Of a DNA stretch of 64,000 nucleotides, positions 62,701 through 64,000 are shown in pieces. Each line of letters starts with the position of its first letter. Within the stretch, counting starts at the first letter, position 1. This DNA is from Bilabrum cf. latius (taxonomy: Eukaryota), in the NCBI GenBank assembly GCA_965178125.1, contig OZ237747.1, positions 806,001 through 870,000 of the forward strand. Reading direction: 5' to 3'. A program made the position numbers and the translations under genes. The notes beneath the pieces are model-generated. The model did no database searches and was not told the DNA's origin. It saw nothing but the letters and a program-made list of their open reading frames with translations.

Positions 62701-63999
62701 CTCCATGGCAGTCACGATGTGCCAGCCGCCGAACCTGTTGATGCCTCGGAGCAGATCCAGGACGTCGTTTGATGCCTCGACTGACCCTAGATAGGCTCGT
62801 TCTACTTGCTGCGCGACAATGCTCATGACAGGGGCCGGAAGACGCACAGTGTGACTCCTGAGTCTGCCGCTCATAACGAAAGCCATCTTCAGCTGGTGCG
62901 CTGCTTCGTGCACGGTCATCCTCTCCTTCGGGTCGCCGCGCAGCAGAGCGGTCACCACATTGACAATCTCATCTACCTGACAGTACAGCGCGGACCCGCC
63001 CGCCAGGTGAACGGGACCGTCCTCGATTGCCTGCTGGATGGTGCCGTACGTGAGCGCAGTGCCGTCGTGAAGGGCTGCGGGGTATGCCTCCCCGAACGGA
63101 TGCATTCCGCCGGTGACCAGCATATGGAGGAGAATGCCGAGCGACCACGACGCCTGCTTGCCGTACGGAATGCACATGTCATCGCTGCTTGACTGCGCCA
63201 TGCGCCATGCGTCCAGCACCTCGGGTGCCAGCATCGAGTGGTCTGGCCCTGCCGAGTCCCCTCCGCCGACCAGGTCTCTGTACTTGACCGCATTGAAGCT
63301 GGCCTCGATCGCAGCTTTTGTGTGAGGCGAGGTCGATGGTGAGGACGAATCGCCTGCCCTCACGAGGGGGAGCTCCACCATCAATGCGTCTTCCATCTTC
63401 GCGATGACTGGGGTACCCGCCGCAGCCTAGAGATCGTTCGCCTCCCCTCGGTTCATGTCCAGCAGCACGCTCTGCATGCCCAGGTTGCGGTGCACCACCC
63501 CGCGATCGAACATCGTCTACACTGTTTGGGCCAGGCTGGAAGCCCAGTGCATCAGCTGCTCGCTGGTGGGCGGGCATGTCGAGCTCCTGGCGGCAGCTGC
63601 AATGGTCGGGGCAACTGGCACCAGCCCCATGACATGGGCGAGTCGGACGCCGTCTGGCTCCGCAGCGCCACTGGCAGCGGATGGAGCTGCATCGTGTGAC
63701 TGTTGTGTCCAGCTTGGAGGGTATGCAAAGCCGGCCGGGATGGCCAGGTGTTCCACATTGGCGTCTTTAGGCAGCCTGTCGAGGATGTCGACCTTCCGCT
63801 TGCGCTTGTTGAGCTAGGACTGAGATGCAGCTGAGCTCGGATCCCATAGTATGCTTAGTTGAAGCTCACACGCGCTGTGTAGTTGCGCGGGGTTTTCGTC
63901 GCTCCCAAAAGCTGCACCAATCTCGTCAGGAACACGGTAGCACCTGAACGACAGCTCGGCGCCTTGCTTGGACAGGATCAACTTGCCTCTCTGCGGACA
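59710..63999 (-). CDS. 5'-partial protein: kinase-fold (probable pseudokinase) domain, ARM/HEAT-like repeats and a low-complexity tail with basic NLS-like motifs; about 13 in-frame TAG
   Basis: One frame open from the window edge to TAA(TGA) at 59712-59710. 'GVVHRNLGMQSVLLD', 'MLAPEV', 'KQASWSLGILLHMLVTG..HPF', 'LLRGDPKERMT'; 'SGGLRSLVRLL'; C-terminus RKRRRIGQ. Confidence 0.75.
60263..60342. repeat. (GAGCTG)n hexamer microsatellite, about 13 units, encoding poly-Ser on the minus strand
   Basis: Directly visible. Confidence 0.9.
60615..60710. repeat. (CAGGTG)n hexamer microsatellite, 16 units including three CAAGTG variants, encoding Pro-Ala repeats on the minus strand
   Basis: Directly visible. 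Confidence 0.9.
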
Positions 64000-64000
64000 T

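Noticed and set aside
147-63999. In-frame TAGs as mass pseudogenisation, C-to-T hypermutation (RIP-like) or sequencing error
   Set aside because: Only TAG interrupts the frames. Random decay or C-to-T mutation would also create TAA (from CAA), TGA (from CGA) and frameshifts, and none were seen. Conserved housekeeping genes are affected while their motifs stay intact.
147-63999. TAG as pyrrolysine, leucine or occasional programmed readthrough
   Set aside because: TAGs occupy conserved Gln positions, occur up to ~18 times per gene and as doublets, and show no shared downstream context. No pyl genes are present in the window.
147-63999. TAGs removed by tiny introns, or U-to-C RNA editing of UAG to CAG
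   Set aside because: Conserved motifs run codon-for-codon through the TAGs, leaving no room for introns. Editing cannot be excluded from DNA alone, but it is far less parsimonious for about 100 nuclear sites in 64 kb and would not explain the absence of TAA.
147-63999. Ciliate-type code (TAA and TAG both Gln)
   Set aside because: No in-frame TAA in any gene model, and three genes terminate at TAA.
1-64000. tRNA-Gln(CUA) or eRF1 gene explaining the code change
   Set aside because: I could not recognise a tRNA cloverleaf, rRNA or release-factor gene in this window by eye; a tRNAscan-SE run is needed.

Overview
GC-rich, very gene-dense eukaryotic (protist) nuclear DNA with short GT-AG spliceosomal introns. 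The ORF track looks shattered because this genome does not use the standard code. TAG is a sense codon, almost certainly Gln, while TGA and TAA still terminate translation (equivalent to NCBI table 15). With TAG read as Gln, the fragments join into 20 intact genes. By hand count they contain about 108 in-frame TAGs and no in-frame TAA or TGA, and they end in TGA (17) or TAA (3), never TAG. The genes are: Csm1/monopolin-like, a small gene missing from the ORF track, DIS3L2, an ARM-repeat protein, a TrmN6-like methyltransferase, a possible GR-like 7TM channel, a ~2,220 aa TmcB-like PAS membrane protein, a cNMP-binding protein, an XK-related protein, a CsgA-like SDR, HCF101/Mrp, a UBC E2, two inverted Zn2Cys6 transcription-factor paralogs sharing a near-identical ~220 bp tract, an ABHD hydrolase, a GST-hemerythrin-like protein, EFL1, mitochondrial bL28, an MGC-start Ser-rich protein and a partial pseudokinase-ARM protein. 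The composition and gene style suggest a heterotrophic stramenopile (Cafeteria/bicosoecid-like), but that is inference only. All family calls come from motif recognition by eye; no database searches were run.
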